Part shown: positions 1 through 13,317 of the stretch, piece by piece | Layout: each line of letters begins with the position of its first letter | How positions within the stretch are numbered: position 1 is the first letter of the stretch | Assembly: GCF_000143415.4 (NCBI RefSeq) | Contig: NW_003314262.1 | Coordinates: 5,020,389-5,084,388 of the forward strand | Direction of reading: 5' to 3' | Length of the DNA: 64,000 bases | Source of the DNA: Selaginella moellendorffii | Taxonomy: Eukaryota > Plantae > Lycopodiophyta | Translations under genes and position numbers: made by a program | The notes under the pieces: model-generated | Database searches by the model: none | The model's input: only the letters and a program-made list of their open reading frames with translations | Told to the model about the DNA's origin: nothing

Positions 1-96
1 CTGAACTGCACTAAACAAAAGAAAGTAAGATAAAGATTGAAAACACTTGACCTGGCTCCCTAAACAGAATAAGCCAGGGTAACAGCGCTGTACATG

Positions 97-1628
97 CTAG
101 ATAGGTATCAGCTTGCGCCATCTTAAGAAGAGGATGACCGAAGCAAAGAAGAAAACTCCAACGAGCCCGGAGACAGTGATGATCCACTTGAAAGCCCAAG
201 GGCGATCCGTCAGGGGAAGTGGAATGTTCATACCAAAAATGCCAGCAATGATGCTATAGAACGCCATCACAAACGTTGCCGTGGTCAGAATGAGCTCGAA
301 CTGAATAAGCTGATTCCGAACATGATCCTGTCACCCAAGACTTTAGTAACACATGTGGAGAAAGACGAGCTTACCAAATTAATATTGATCAAGTCTTCCG
401 TGTCCTCGATATATTCTTCCAGCTGCAAGGTCATAGCTTGGGTCAATCATGTAGTTCTAGTACGAAATGTGAGACTTACAGAGGTCAGCTTGTTGAGAAT
501 CCCGTCGACCACCACAAAATAGGCTTCCAAAAGCATCTCCACTTCATCCACTCCCTCTGCGTTACTTTCGGAGTTCATTCTGTCCAGCTTGTGCTTCCCA
601 ATGCTCTGGAGCTTTTCTAAAGTCCGTGCAGCTTGTGGAGAACCAACAGGTGAGACAGGCGCGGACGCAGACATTACCGCAAACACGTTTCCAGCTTCTT
701 TCTTTTTGGTAAGATAGAGTTCCGCCATGTCCTCGTCGTCATCCATGAGCTGCTCGATCTCATCACGAACCTTCAAAAAATTCAAGTTAGAACACCCAGA
801 AAATAGAGCAAGGTAGCACTTACCCGTTCCACTCGACGTTTCAAGCCAACTAGCCGACTTTTGAGTCGTCTAACGCGCTCCAGGTTCAAGGTGCTGATCC
901 TCGACGCAAGCTTCTCCAGCAGAGGATATGCTTCATCTTCCAGCTCTGCAGTCTGATACCGAAAAGTTTAGAAAACGCTCGAGGTAGTTAAAAAAATTTA
1001 AAAAATTTAAAAATTTAAAAAATAAAACAGGAAAAAAACTCGTTACCTGTGCATCCAAGACCACGCAAGCCGTTTCTAAAGCAACCTCGAGTGCCTTCAG
1101 CTCAAACGGCAGCGCGTTCACGGACAAACCATCCAAAAGTTCCTCGTGATGGTTTGCTTGGGGAGAGGAGCTGTTGGGCTCTTTAAAATCGTAGCTCGAC
1201 ACATCAATCTTCTTACTTCCCGGAGATCGCCACTCGAAAGTCCCAGCATTGATGTGCTTGTTTGGAGCTATGCGTCTTCTTAGCTCACTCACGAACTGCA
1301 ACACGTAGCTATCCAGCGAGTTGAGCACCAGTACCTCATCCGCGGTGATCACACACCGGATTTGCTCCAAGTTCACGACGATCGCCTTCTCCCTCCCCAG
1401 GATCGTGGACGGATACACGAACAGAGGGTCCAGCAGGCGAAGATCACGACCTGGGAGCTGGCAGCGGCGCATTACCGTGAACTTGTCGGCCTCAAGAACG
1501 TGAGAGTTCCCGGCTGTATCGATTCTAATCCAGGACCTCACTCCAAGAGCTCGTTTCTTGGGGTCGATGACGAGCAGCGATGGCCGCTCGCGATCCCTGC
1601 CGAGCAACGGCGCCTTCAAATCCCCCAT
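97..1628 (-). CDS. MRS2: MRS2/CorA-family magnesium transporter, multi-exon
   Basis: RDLRLLDPLF, LPFELKALEVALE and EMLLEAYF motifs; last exon reads ...IIAGIFGMNIPL (GMN motif) and ends TAG at 97-99; ATG at 1628. Confidence 0.95.
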
Positions 1629-1914
1629 CCCGCTCACCTCCAGAGCTTATTCCATCAACCAGTCGGCGCGCTAAGCGAGCGCGAGTCGCTGGAAAGAACC
1701 GGCATTCTCACGATCGTCGCGACGAACCTGTGCCGCTGCCGCTGCTCCGAAGAACTATCGCTGCCCTAAAGAAGAACTACAGTGTTGGAGGGATCGACGT
1801 GGCAAAGAGCATGCGCTTTCCATATTTGATTTTCTAATCTTTTTCTAATGGCTTTGCCCTAACGAATATTCTTCCACTTTGAATTTAAGTATTTGAAAAC
1901 AGGCGGGAAAGGCA

Positions 1915-3743
<1,829 letters not shown>

Positions 3744-4000
3744 TCACGATTTAAGCTGTAAAGCTCCACACGAATGGAGTCTACACGAGAGAAGAAGAAG
3801 AAAGCTATGGCTTGAAACTAGATTAAAAGCGCGCGCTTTTTATGCTGCGTCCGGGTGTAACCGCCCATTTCAGCCGACAACCGTGAACTGTCAGCCGGCA
3901 TAGCCAACGTGGAACCCTAACCCCTTCTTTTCCCGCCCAAATGACATCAATTTTGAATTTGAAATTAAGAAACCGCAAAATTTTCTCTTCGTCCTCGCTT

Positions 4001-6080
4001 TCACATTGCGAGAAAGCTCGCATAGAAAACTAGAGGAACAAACATATTGTCCATTTGGGACGTGTAAGCCTCTAGCAATCCAGCAAGCACCGCAGGAATC
4101 GCTAACTGGTAAGTCTAAAAGAAAGAAAAATAAAACAATTAAAGGAAAGAAGTAGAAAAACAAATTGTGCAATTACCTGAAAGCATATAGGAGATACTAG
4201 TCTTTGAATGAGAGCGCACGAGAAACCCAAGGACATGATTCCAGCCATGGTGCCTTCCACTGTTTTCTCTGAAGGACACCAAGCTTATAAACCGTCACAA
4301 GATAGAAAATTGCTACTCACTGCTGGTACTGCTGATTCTCCATGATCCATAGTTGTATCCAACGTATGATGCCTGGTAGAAAGAAGAAGCGACTCGTAAA
4401 AACGTTTATAAATCTCATTTCCATACCATTGTGTCGCCAATTCCGATGCTCAAAATTCCTGCGAGAGTTGCTAACGGTCGGAGTCTCCAGCCGTGATGAA
4501 ACCAGACTGGTACTGCGCATCCAAGAAGCAAAGAAAAATGGCTATCAAGACGAGACAAGGAAGTTAGTTTTGGTCTCAAGGAATCATCTGTCCATACCTG
4601 ACAATAAGCTTATCTGAGTCTCGATGATCAGCAAAAACAGCCATGAATTCTGTGATCCTTGGTCCGATGTGTGGAATTTGCCATATCTAGGGATGAGGGA
4701 GCGTTAACAGACAAGAAAACTGTTTTAACCTTACCCTCAGCATTTCCACGAGGCCGAAGATAACAAGAGCCACAGTGAAAGCCAGATGTAAAAACTCTTT
4801 CTGACATATAGAAAGAGCAAGAAGATGAGCATGAATACACATACATTTTTACGTACCTCGATCAAAACCGCTGGGACGAACATCATCACTGCTAAAATAT
4901 GATAGCCCTTGCGGACGAGTATTTGTGGAGCACCATTGTGTTTAGCAATGCTGTAGAGATATGGAAGTAAGCAGAGTGCTGCGAGCCAGTACAAGCAGAG
5001 TCCAAAACGTAGCAGTGGCTTTTCCAGCATAAAGTTGACCACCCTATCAAAAGAGTTAATTCGAACAAGAAAAAGAAGAAAAAGCGGTGTACCATAGAAC
5101 TGGGTGTCGATGAACTCCTGCCACTAAGCGAAACCACGCAGGAGCTATTGTCAGCATTATGGAAAGAAAAGCTGCGGCGAAAGAGGTAGCTTTGGAGTCC
5201 CTTGTCAGCCACAGGAAACATTTGTAAGCTGGTGGCATGAGGCTCAGTCCGAAAACTCCAACCTATATGGATGAATTGTATTCCTCTGAGTTATCAAACA
5301 AATGAACAAACCTGGAGCATACAGTCGAGAGGATCAATTGGATTGCCGAGAATTGTGAGCAACAGATTTCCTCCATATAGTGCTAATCCACTGGCCACAA
5401 GTATCAATTCCCCTGGATAGAGTTGAGATATAAGAATCGAGCTATAAAAACGTAGAGACTACCTGGCGTTCCACATCCCGGGAACTTTTGAAGTATAGCT
5501 CGCAAGAAACTTGCCGATCCACAAGACTGGATTGCCAAGACAGCAATTGGAATCAAATCCATAAATCCTGCCAGAGTCAAAAAAAGAATCACGACGTCAC
5601 GGTCGTGTGCTTACTTACCAGTTGCATTTGCAAAACCAATGCTCAAAGCAAACAACGCGATTCCTCCTTTGAAATAATCAAATAGGGACGACTGCCCGAG
5701 AAGTGTGACCGACGAAGTGTCGCTGGAGAAGAAATTTAGAAGCCTTAGACTGCATAGCGTAGCGCTCCAGAACGAGAATTTGCTTGTCGAGGCTGGATCC
5801 ACAGAAGAATTAAACCGAGACGCGAGTACCAGCGGCCAAGTAATCGAGCCCAGAAAAATCCCTGTCGAAGCACCTGGTCTTCACAGAGCAGGATTTTCAC
5901 AATGGATCGGGCTAAAATTCCATACCTGAAGCTGGAGTAGGGATTTTTCCCTTTCTGACGCGATTCCACAAACCAGGCCCATGCCGCGAGCGCGACGATC
6001 GCAGAGAATTCGAGGATGTGATCGATCGAGAGAGACAGCGCCACACAGAGCGTGATCGCCGCGACAACGAGCTCCTCCAT
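4001..6080 (-). CDS. dolichol kinase, multi-exon
   Basis: Exons read RPGASTGIFLG, LVRKGYHILAVMMFVP, KTVEGTMAG and LEAYTSQMDNMFVPL; TGA at 4001-4003. Confidence 0.88.
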
Positions 6081-6386
6081 CGAGGATAAACCCTAGGCAG
6101 ATTCCTCAAAATGAAAGAGCATATGCTTTTCCTTAGCGCCAAAATATGAAAAAGAACAAAACCCTATTTGGCCAGGGCTAGGGTTGGGCGCCAGGGGAGC
6201 TAGATCGTTGGAAGCGATGGCTTATCGCAATGGAATCAGAGAGAGGAAGAGGATCGTAGGGAGGATCATTCATGCCTTGCGGCGAAGAGAGGAGATTTTG
6301 ATCGATTGCGGCTTGTGAGTAGATCCATTTCTAGAATTCTAGCGAAGAGGATTGATCCAGATTGCGGGCAATTGGAATCCGGCACG

Positions 6387-7270
6387 ATGAGTGAGATGTT
6401 CCAGACCTACGAGCGGCAGTACCAGGAGCTTGTCTCCGGTCTAAAGCAAGGCTGCGTCGCCGCTGGAGCTCTCAATGAGGGTAATCAATCCCTTCCTTCG
6501 ATCGATTGATCTAAGCGGTAAATTCCAGCAGATCAGAGGAGACCCAAAGTTCTTGAATTGAAAACGGCGCTCGACGAAGGGGATTCCTTGGTAACGGAAG
6601 TTTTCTCGCCAAGAAAGCTAGATTCTCATCGATGGATTTTCAGATCAGGAGGATGGATCTCGAGGCGCGGGGGCTCCAGCCGCCGCAGAAGACGGCATTC
6701 CTGGGAAAGCTCAAGAACTACAAGGCGGAGCTCACAAATCTCAAGCGCGAAGTTAAGATGATGTCCATGGGCGCTGGAGCGCGAGAGCAGCTCCTGGAAA
6801 GCGGCCAATTCACGGTAAATCCTTCCTTCTTCTTCTCAACCCTTCGTCTTGGGCGACGCTCTTCGACTAAGTCCCAGCAGATTTGCTCCAGACCTCGCAA
6901 GAACAACAGGTCCAACTAGCCGCCGCCACCGATAGGATGTATCAAACCGGCGATCGGATACGAGAAGGCAAGAAGGTGCTGGTGGAGACCGAAGAACTCG
7001 GCGTCTCGATCCTCCAGGACCTCCACCGGCAGCGGGAAGTTCTCCAGCACTCGAAGAACACCGTAAGTTTTGCGCTTGATCACCGCTTAGATCGTCTGTT
7101 CTTGGATGATCCAGTTGCATGGAGTGGACGACAACATCGCCCGGGGCAAAGTCATCATCCACAACATCAGCCGGAGGATCACCAGGAACAAGTACATCAT
7201 GGCAGGCCTGATCATCTTCCTCTTGCTTGCCATCCTCGTCATTGCCACGGGCAAGAGGCCCCACAGCTAA
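6387..7270 (+). CDS. vesicle transport v-SNARE (VTI1 family, Qb-SNARE)
   Basis: MSEMFQTYERQY, IRRMDLEAR, ETEELGVSILQDLHRQRE, LHGVDDNI, C-terminal TM segment; TAA 7268-7270. Confidence 0.92.
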
Positions 7271-7362
7271 CTTGGTTTTCCATCCGAGCAGCAATCCAAA
7301 ATCCCATCGTCGCACTGAAAGAAACTCCACAGCCATCGTCGAGCACCGCCACCACCAAAAGC

Positions 7363-7522
7363 GTTCTTCGTCGGCTTGATCTGATCTACTTCCAACTCTA
7401 AAACATCGCGTCCTCCTGTTCTTCGTCGGCTTGATCTGATCTACTTGCAACTCTAGAACATCGCGTCCCTGTTCTTCGTCGGCTCAATCTGGTCTACTTG
7501 CAACTCTAGAACATCGCGTCCT
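7363..7522. repeat. three tandem 53-55 bp repeats covering the SINA stop codon
   Basis: GTTCTTCGTCGGCT...AACATCGCGTCC units start at 7363, 7418 and 7471. Confidence 0.9.
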
Positions 7523-8491
7523 GGAAGCTGATCCTCTTCTTGGCCGAGGAGCTCCCGACCCTCTGGAGAGAAACTTCCAGCTGCAAACGCCCCTCGCTTG
7601 GGAACATATGTGCCGGAACCACCAGGAAATCCATGGGCTGCCTGCTCTGCGAGAAAGTCTGTGCCACGCTCTCGAACAGCAGCCTCTTCTTCCCATTCTT
7701 GAGCTCCACCTGGTAGAGATACTCGTCCGGTGCCGCGGCTCCAAAGTAAGTCACGTAGAGCGAGCTCCCGAGAGAATTCTTGTCCTGGTGGAGTAAGAAG
7801 CACAGCCCTTCAACCTTAAGCAGGAAGAACGCCGCCTCTGGCCCCGCGAGGAAGAGCGTGCACCGAGCTTCCCACGAGAAATCGTAGCGCGCCACCTGAT
7901 GCGCCTCGACGATGTGCGCCAGGAGATCTCTGGTTGGAGCCGAGACGTTGCAGGGCTTGATCGGGCAGGCGCATGGCCGGAATTCGCAGCTCCTCTCGTG
8001 GATCGCCTTGTGGACGAACTTGGGCATGGCGCCGCAGCCGTGGTCCGCGAACTTGCAGCTCACGCTCAGCGTCTCGATGAGCTTCTCGATGGCCAGGCAG
8101 CGGATCGATCCCAGCGGCTTGGAGCACGTCGGGCACACGTCGCTGATCTTGGAGCGGCAGCTCTGGCAGGCGATGTGGCCGTTCGAGCACTGCGAGAGGG
8201 ATATTTCACCGAGAATCAATGCCAAGAACATGGAAATCGATCGAATATCGGTACCTGGAAGATCGGCGGGGTCAGGGATTCCATACACACGCTGCAATCG
8301 AGCGTATCCACATCCAGCGTCGCAAGAACAGCGCCGTCCGCCATCGCCGTGCTCGCAGAGGCAGCCGGCGCCACAGGCGCCGAGGGAATGGACATCATCG
8401 GCATCGCCATTGCCATAGCAGATGTCTCCCCGTCGGGCGTCGAGATACGCAAGCGCTTCGAGGCAATTGTCTGTGTGGAAAATCGCACCAT
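7506..8491 (-). CDS. SINA-like E3 ubiquitin ligase, 2 exons
   Basis: MVRFS start; RING LDCSVCMESLTPPIFQ|CSNGHIACQSC...CPTC; SIAH zinc finger CKFADHGC...HERSCEFRPCACP. Confidence 0.92.
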
Positions 8492-8623
8492 TTCTAGGTC
8501 CAAAAGAAAGGGACTAAAAATGAAGAACCCTAAATGCCAAGAATATACTTTTGCGAAGAACCCTAGAGCTTTTGGGGAAGCCCTAGCCGCCGCATCAAAG
8601 AGCTAGCGCCAGCGCCTTGCATC

Positions 8624-9208
8624 ATGACTGTCAAGCGGCGGAATGGCGGCCGCAACAAGCACGGCCGCGGCCATGTCGATCCAATCCGGTGCTCCAATTG
8701 TGGGCGCTGCGTCCCCAAGGTATGACATCTAGAGGATTTTCCATCTCTCTTTGCCGGCGGAGCTGAGATTTCGCCTCCAGGACAAGGCCGTGAAGCGCTT
8801 CCTTGTCAGGAACATCGTGGAGCAGGCAGCGGTGCGCGATGTGCAAGACGCTTGCGTCTACGAATGTAAGCAGCTCAATTTTTTTCTCTGGAGGCTTGTT
8901 TCATGACCAATGTCTTGGTTCTTGCAGCTTACACGCTCCCCAAGCTCTACGGGAAAATGCAGTACTGCGTCTCCTGCGCGATCCACTCTCACGTCGTGCG
9001 CGTCCGATCGAGAGAGAAGAGAAGGGACCGAAATCCGCCAGTGCGACCCTTCCAGAGGCGCAAGGTTTGAAAGCTATAGATTTGGGAATTTCTTACGAGC
9101 GTTCTCTCGTGGTGTTTGTAGGAGGACTTTGTTCCTCGACCTGGTGGCCCTGGTGCTGCTGGAGGTCCTGGCGGTCCTGGAGCTCCGCGTCCACCACCGC
9201 CCCGATAA
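8624..9208 (+). CDS. RPS26: 40S ribosomal protein S26 (eS26), 4 exons
   Basis: [32 protein letters not shown]|DKAVKRF...[18 protein letters not shown]; TAA 9206-9208. Confidence 0.97.
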
Positions 9209-9449
9209 ATCGGTCAGCACGAAACTTTGCTACTCTTCCTTTCCGGCTAACGAAGAGAGAGTTAATCTTTTGTTTGGAATGGCTTTCTTAATCTCATATG
9301 GAAGTTTTTGTTGCTTGTGATCAATCTCTTGATTCTTCCAGCTTTGATGTGATCTGGGAAAATCTCATACCCTCTGGGTCTGAAATCTTCGCTCGCAAGT
9401 TTGGTGGCTTGAGCAAAACCTTGTCACTCCTAGCCTTATGCTAAATGCC

Positions 9450-9740
9450 GGGTCCGACGAATCCATCGCTACAGTGCCGCCGAATCTAAAGTCGTGTAGA
9501 CACACTCCACATCTGTGCCTGTTCCAACGCAGTCCATCTCCTCAAAACTGGCCGGGACCTTCATCCATTTGGAGACTGACGGATTTGTTGTCGACGAATT
9601 CAGCCTCGCTCTCGACTTTTTTGCAAAAACTCGTGCCTGGATCGAATGGTTCTTTGATAATGGCAAAGAAAGATACAACGCATTCAAATGCTCAAACCCA
9701 GTAGTAATCAAATGGCTGCTTTCAGTGATAAAAACTTTAG
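9450..9740 (-). pseudogene. diverged 5' fragment of the EamA/WAT1-related gene
   Basis: EEMDCVGTGTDVECVY matches the intact gene at ~14640-14950; flanks carry deletions. Confidence 0.85.
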
Positions 9741-9758
9741 AGCTTGAGAAACCTTTGT

Positions 9759-10865
9759 TTAAACAAGCTGGACACCATATCTTTTTTGATCTTCCTCGAC
9801 CAAGAGCTGCTTCCACCCCCTATTACTCCATTCCATGAGTTTATACCACTTTGTTGGCTTGAGAAACGCGATGTAAACCTTGTCATTCACAGCCTTCATG
9901 CTAAAGTTCACTACTGGAACATATGTCGGATCTCCCACCCATGCTGTAGGTGGATCCTCCTGTGGATCATCGATTCTCAAGCACGCAAGCTCCTTGAGAC
10001 TACTCTCCACCACTTCCAAAAGCCGGAAGAGCCCGAGCGTGGGATCATAGCGAGCAACTAAGAACCCATCCTGCCACTTCTCAAGCCTCATCTCTGACAT
10101 TGGTCTAGACTCCCCAGTAACAGCAGCGCCAAGCTCCACAATGGTCTTGTACTCATCTTCTAGCTCATCGTACTTGACCACCCGGTTAGCTCTCAACCCG
10201 TCCGTACCATTCACCCCCGTGAGAAACTGGGCCTCCCACCCATTGATGCTCGAGTCGAAGACCGACAAGAAGTGGAGTTCGATTCCAAACAACGCAGCCG
10301 ACATCATGGGCACAACAAGCTTGAATCGTCTCGGGTCACCCTTGTCAATCGCTATGGCCATTCCACCATTGGGAGAATGTTGTAAGGATTCAAAGCTAGG
10401 CAAAGCCTTCACCCGTCTGCTGAAGAGATCGCACACAAGCACCGTCCATATCCCCGATAACCCCCTTGTACTCCCAAACAGGAAGTAAGCGAGGTTGCTC
10501 TCGCGATCGTAGGCCATTTCGTTTTGATACTGAAGAGAACTAAAACCCTCCTTGACAGTCTGCGTGGATGCAAATTCCATCACAAAGTCCAATGGCATTG
10601 CCTTCAGTAACACTTCCCCATCACGACTTCTTGGGAGAACAAAGAAGAGCTGGATCAATTCTTTGCCCTCGGGCTCTTCCAACTCGGACTCTGAACTTCC
10701 CTCCAAGGAACTTCCTTTACACCTTTGGACTTGCCAAAACCCTGAGCATAGTATGCTATGCACACATGCTGCCCATTCCTTGGAAACTAACCTCACATTG
10801 CCCAAATCTTCCATGGGAACCATCTCTAGAATTTCCCGAAGGAGTTGCCTAAACACCGCCTTCAT
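9759..10865 (-). CDS. F-box-like protein, copy A (intronless, 368 aa)
   Basis: N-terminal LLREILEMVPMEDLGNVRLVSKEW fits the F-box pattern; VLVCDLFSRRVKALP resembles F-box-associated repeats. Confidence 0.7.
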   Translation of the reverse strand: MKAVFRQLLREILEMVPMEDLGNVRLVSKEWAACVHSILCSGFWQVQRCKGSSLEGSSESELEEPEGKELIQLFFVLPRSRDGEVLLKAMPLDFVMEFASTQTVKEGFSSLQYQNEMAYDRESNLAYFLFGSTRGLSGIWTVLVCDLFSRRVKALPSFESLQHSPNGGMAIAIDKGDPRRFKLVVPMMSAALFGIELHFLSVFDSSINGWEAQFLTGVNGTDGLRANRVVKYDELEDEYKTIVELGAAVTGESRPMSEMRLEKWQDGFLVARYDPTLGLFRLLEVVESSLKELACLRIDDPQEDPPTAWVGDPTYVPVVNFSMKAVNDKVYIAFLKPTKWYKLMEWSNRGWKQLLVEEDQKRYGVQLV

Positions 10866-10992
10866 CGCCCCAAAAGCCCTAGAATATTTTAGTTCTAGGC
10901 TTAGGGTTCCTTGGCGGCTAGGGCTTCTAGGTGGCGCTCCAAATCTATATTATTAATAGGAGCTACTTTTAAGGCTTTAATCGAGAATTTTG

Positions 10993-11960
10993 CTATTGTT
11001 TAATTTTCGACCCAGGGGGCCTTGCATTTACAAGATAAATACCAGCGAGTGTGATCGTAGCTCCCAAAATTTGAGCGCCATTGAGGCTTTCATCCAAAAC
11101 AAGATATCTACGAACAAGAAGCTTTTAAATCATGGAAGAAATGCTCCACACTTACCCAAAAAAAGCCGCAAACATTGGCGTGAGAAATGTCAAAGACTTC
11201 AGCTTCGTGAGGCTCCCTGCAGAACTCACAAACTCAAAACTTTCAATCGCGCTAGAGTCGAAGAAAATCCTTCCTTTTCTCTCACCTTTGGTGGCGTTGT
11301 AGAAGAACACACCATAGCTTATAGCACTCCCAAAGATCGAGGTGTAAGCTAGAGAAGCCCAGTCACTAACCATGAGATCTTCCAAGTGACCATTCAAGGC
11401 GGGCTCGCTGTTAGACGCTGCGAGGAGTAACAATGGCAAGCCACCAATTATCATATGCTGCAAGAAAAAACAAAACAGAGTTTTTCGAGCTTGAAAGTTT
11501 CATGGTTTGCGTACGCAGCCAGTTGCCATGATCGGATCCGAGAACTTGCACACCCAGCGAACCAAGAGCGTGCCAAGAGCCATGCTTTGAGCAGCAAGGA
11601 GGATGTACCGCTCCATTGCTTTCCTCCGGTGATGACATAGAATTCTCCTCCAGTTTTTGGAGCAGTGGACTCCCAAGGATTCAGCTGGATGCTGCTGGAG
11701 GTGATCAAAAGCTTCATAGTTCTTACATCGTCTCACTGGAATTTGCCACAGGTGAAGCCCCGCTATGCCTAGAAGAAGTCCCAAAACTCCTAGAGGCCTG
11801 ATCGTCGCGTTGAAGAGGATCGACGCGAGAATGGCTACTGTAAAAGGCTGCGAATCCATGATAATCTGCATGAATTTTCTAGGAAGTAGAAATCCAGCTT
11901 TTGATCTTATGATCTCAAAAACCTACACTTCCAAGTCCTTTTCCCAAGTAGAATGAAACA
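10993..11960 (-). pseudogene. 3' partial duplicate of the EamA/WAT1-related gene with two micro-inversions
   Basis: Near-identical to ~13318-14270, lacks the 5' exons; 11614-11669 and 11690-11753 are inverted. Confidence 0.9.
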
Positions 11961-12135
11961 ACCTGTCAAAACTAATTCTAGGAGTTATCATAAGACTATA
12001 GTTTTACATGGCGTGCATTATAACATGAGGCATCGAAATGCAATGAGTTCTCTCTTTTTTCTTCCTATGGACGCAAGAGATCGCATAGAGGGCCAGGTCT
12101 CGAAAAGAAAACTACTTTTTTTTTTTAACCTTTGT

Positions 12136-13217
12136 TTAAACAAGCTGGACAGCATATCTTCCTTTAGCTTCCTCGACCAAGAGCTGCTTCCACTCCCCAT
12201 TACTCCATTCCATGAGTTTATACCACTCTGTTGTGAGCAATGCGATATAAACCTTGTCATTCATAGTCTTCATGCTAAATTCCAGATCTGTCGACGGTGG
12301 ATCCTCATGTGGATCATCGATTCTCAAGCACGCAAGCTCCTTGAAACTACTCTCCACCACTTCCAAAAGCCGGAGGAGCCCGCGCGTGGGATCATAGCGA
12401 GCAACTAAGAACCCATCCTGCCACTTCTCAAGCCTCATCTCTGACGGTGGTCTAGACTCCCCAGTAACAGCAGCGCCAAGCTCCACAATGATCTTGTACT
12501 TCTCACCTTCTAGCCCATCGTACTTGACCACTCGCTTACGTCTCAACCCGTACCATTCACCCCCGTGAGAAACTGGGCTGTTAACGAAATCCTGTGCCAT
12601 GCGATCGACTTGCTCCCACCCATTGATGCTCGAGTCGAAGACCGACAAGAAGTGGGATTCGAATCCATGCAACACAGGCGACATCATGGGCACAACAAGC
12701 TTGTATCGTCTCGCGTCACTCTTGTCAATCACTATGGCCATTCCACCATTGGGATCATGTCCCAAGGATTGAAAGCTAGGCAAAGCCTTCACCTGTCTGT
12801 TGAAGAGATCACACACAAGCACCGTCCATAGCGTCCTGAATCTGTGCGTACTCACAAACAGGAAGTAAGCGAGGTTGCTCTTGTGATCGTAGGCCATATT
12901 GCCTTCATAAGCAAGAGGATCAAATCCCTCCTCAACACTCTGCGTGGACGCAAATTCCATCACAAAGTCCAGCGCCGCCGCCTTCAGTAACACTTCCCGA
13001 TCATGACTTCTTGTGAGAACATAGAAGAGCTGCTTCAACTCCTTGAGCCGGGGCTTCTCCAAGGAACTTCCCTCACTGAAAATTATACACCTTTCGACTT
13101 GCCAAAAGCCTGAGCGTAGAATGCTATGCACACACCCATTCCTTTGAAACTAACTTTACATTGCCCCAATCCTCCATAGGAACCATCTCTAAGGAGTTGT
13201 CTAAACACCACCTTCAT
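12136..13217 (-). pseudogene. F-box-like copy B, frameshifted within the F-box
   Basis: Paralog of copy A; 11-nt and 5-nt deletions after the ATG at 13217 put the start out of frame with the 331-aa remainder. Confidence 0.75.
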
Positions 13218-13317
13218 CGCCCCAAAAGCCCTCATATTTTAAGGATAATTTAGGGCTGAAACCACATATATACTCTGTAGGAGCTCCTTTAAGGTTTTAA
13301 TCAAGAATTTTGCTATT

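Noticed and set aside
49-62. CCTGGCTCCCT resembling the miR160 5' part
   Set aside because: Only an 11-nt match and no hairpin
7363-7522. Regular repeats that might suggest a CRISPR array
   Set aside because: No unique spacers; plain tandem duplication in a eukaryotic locus
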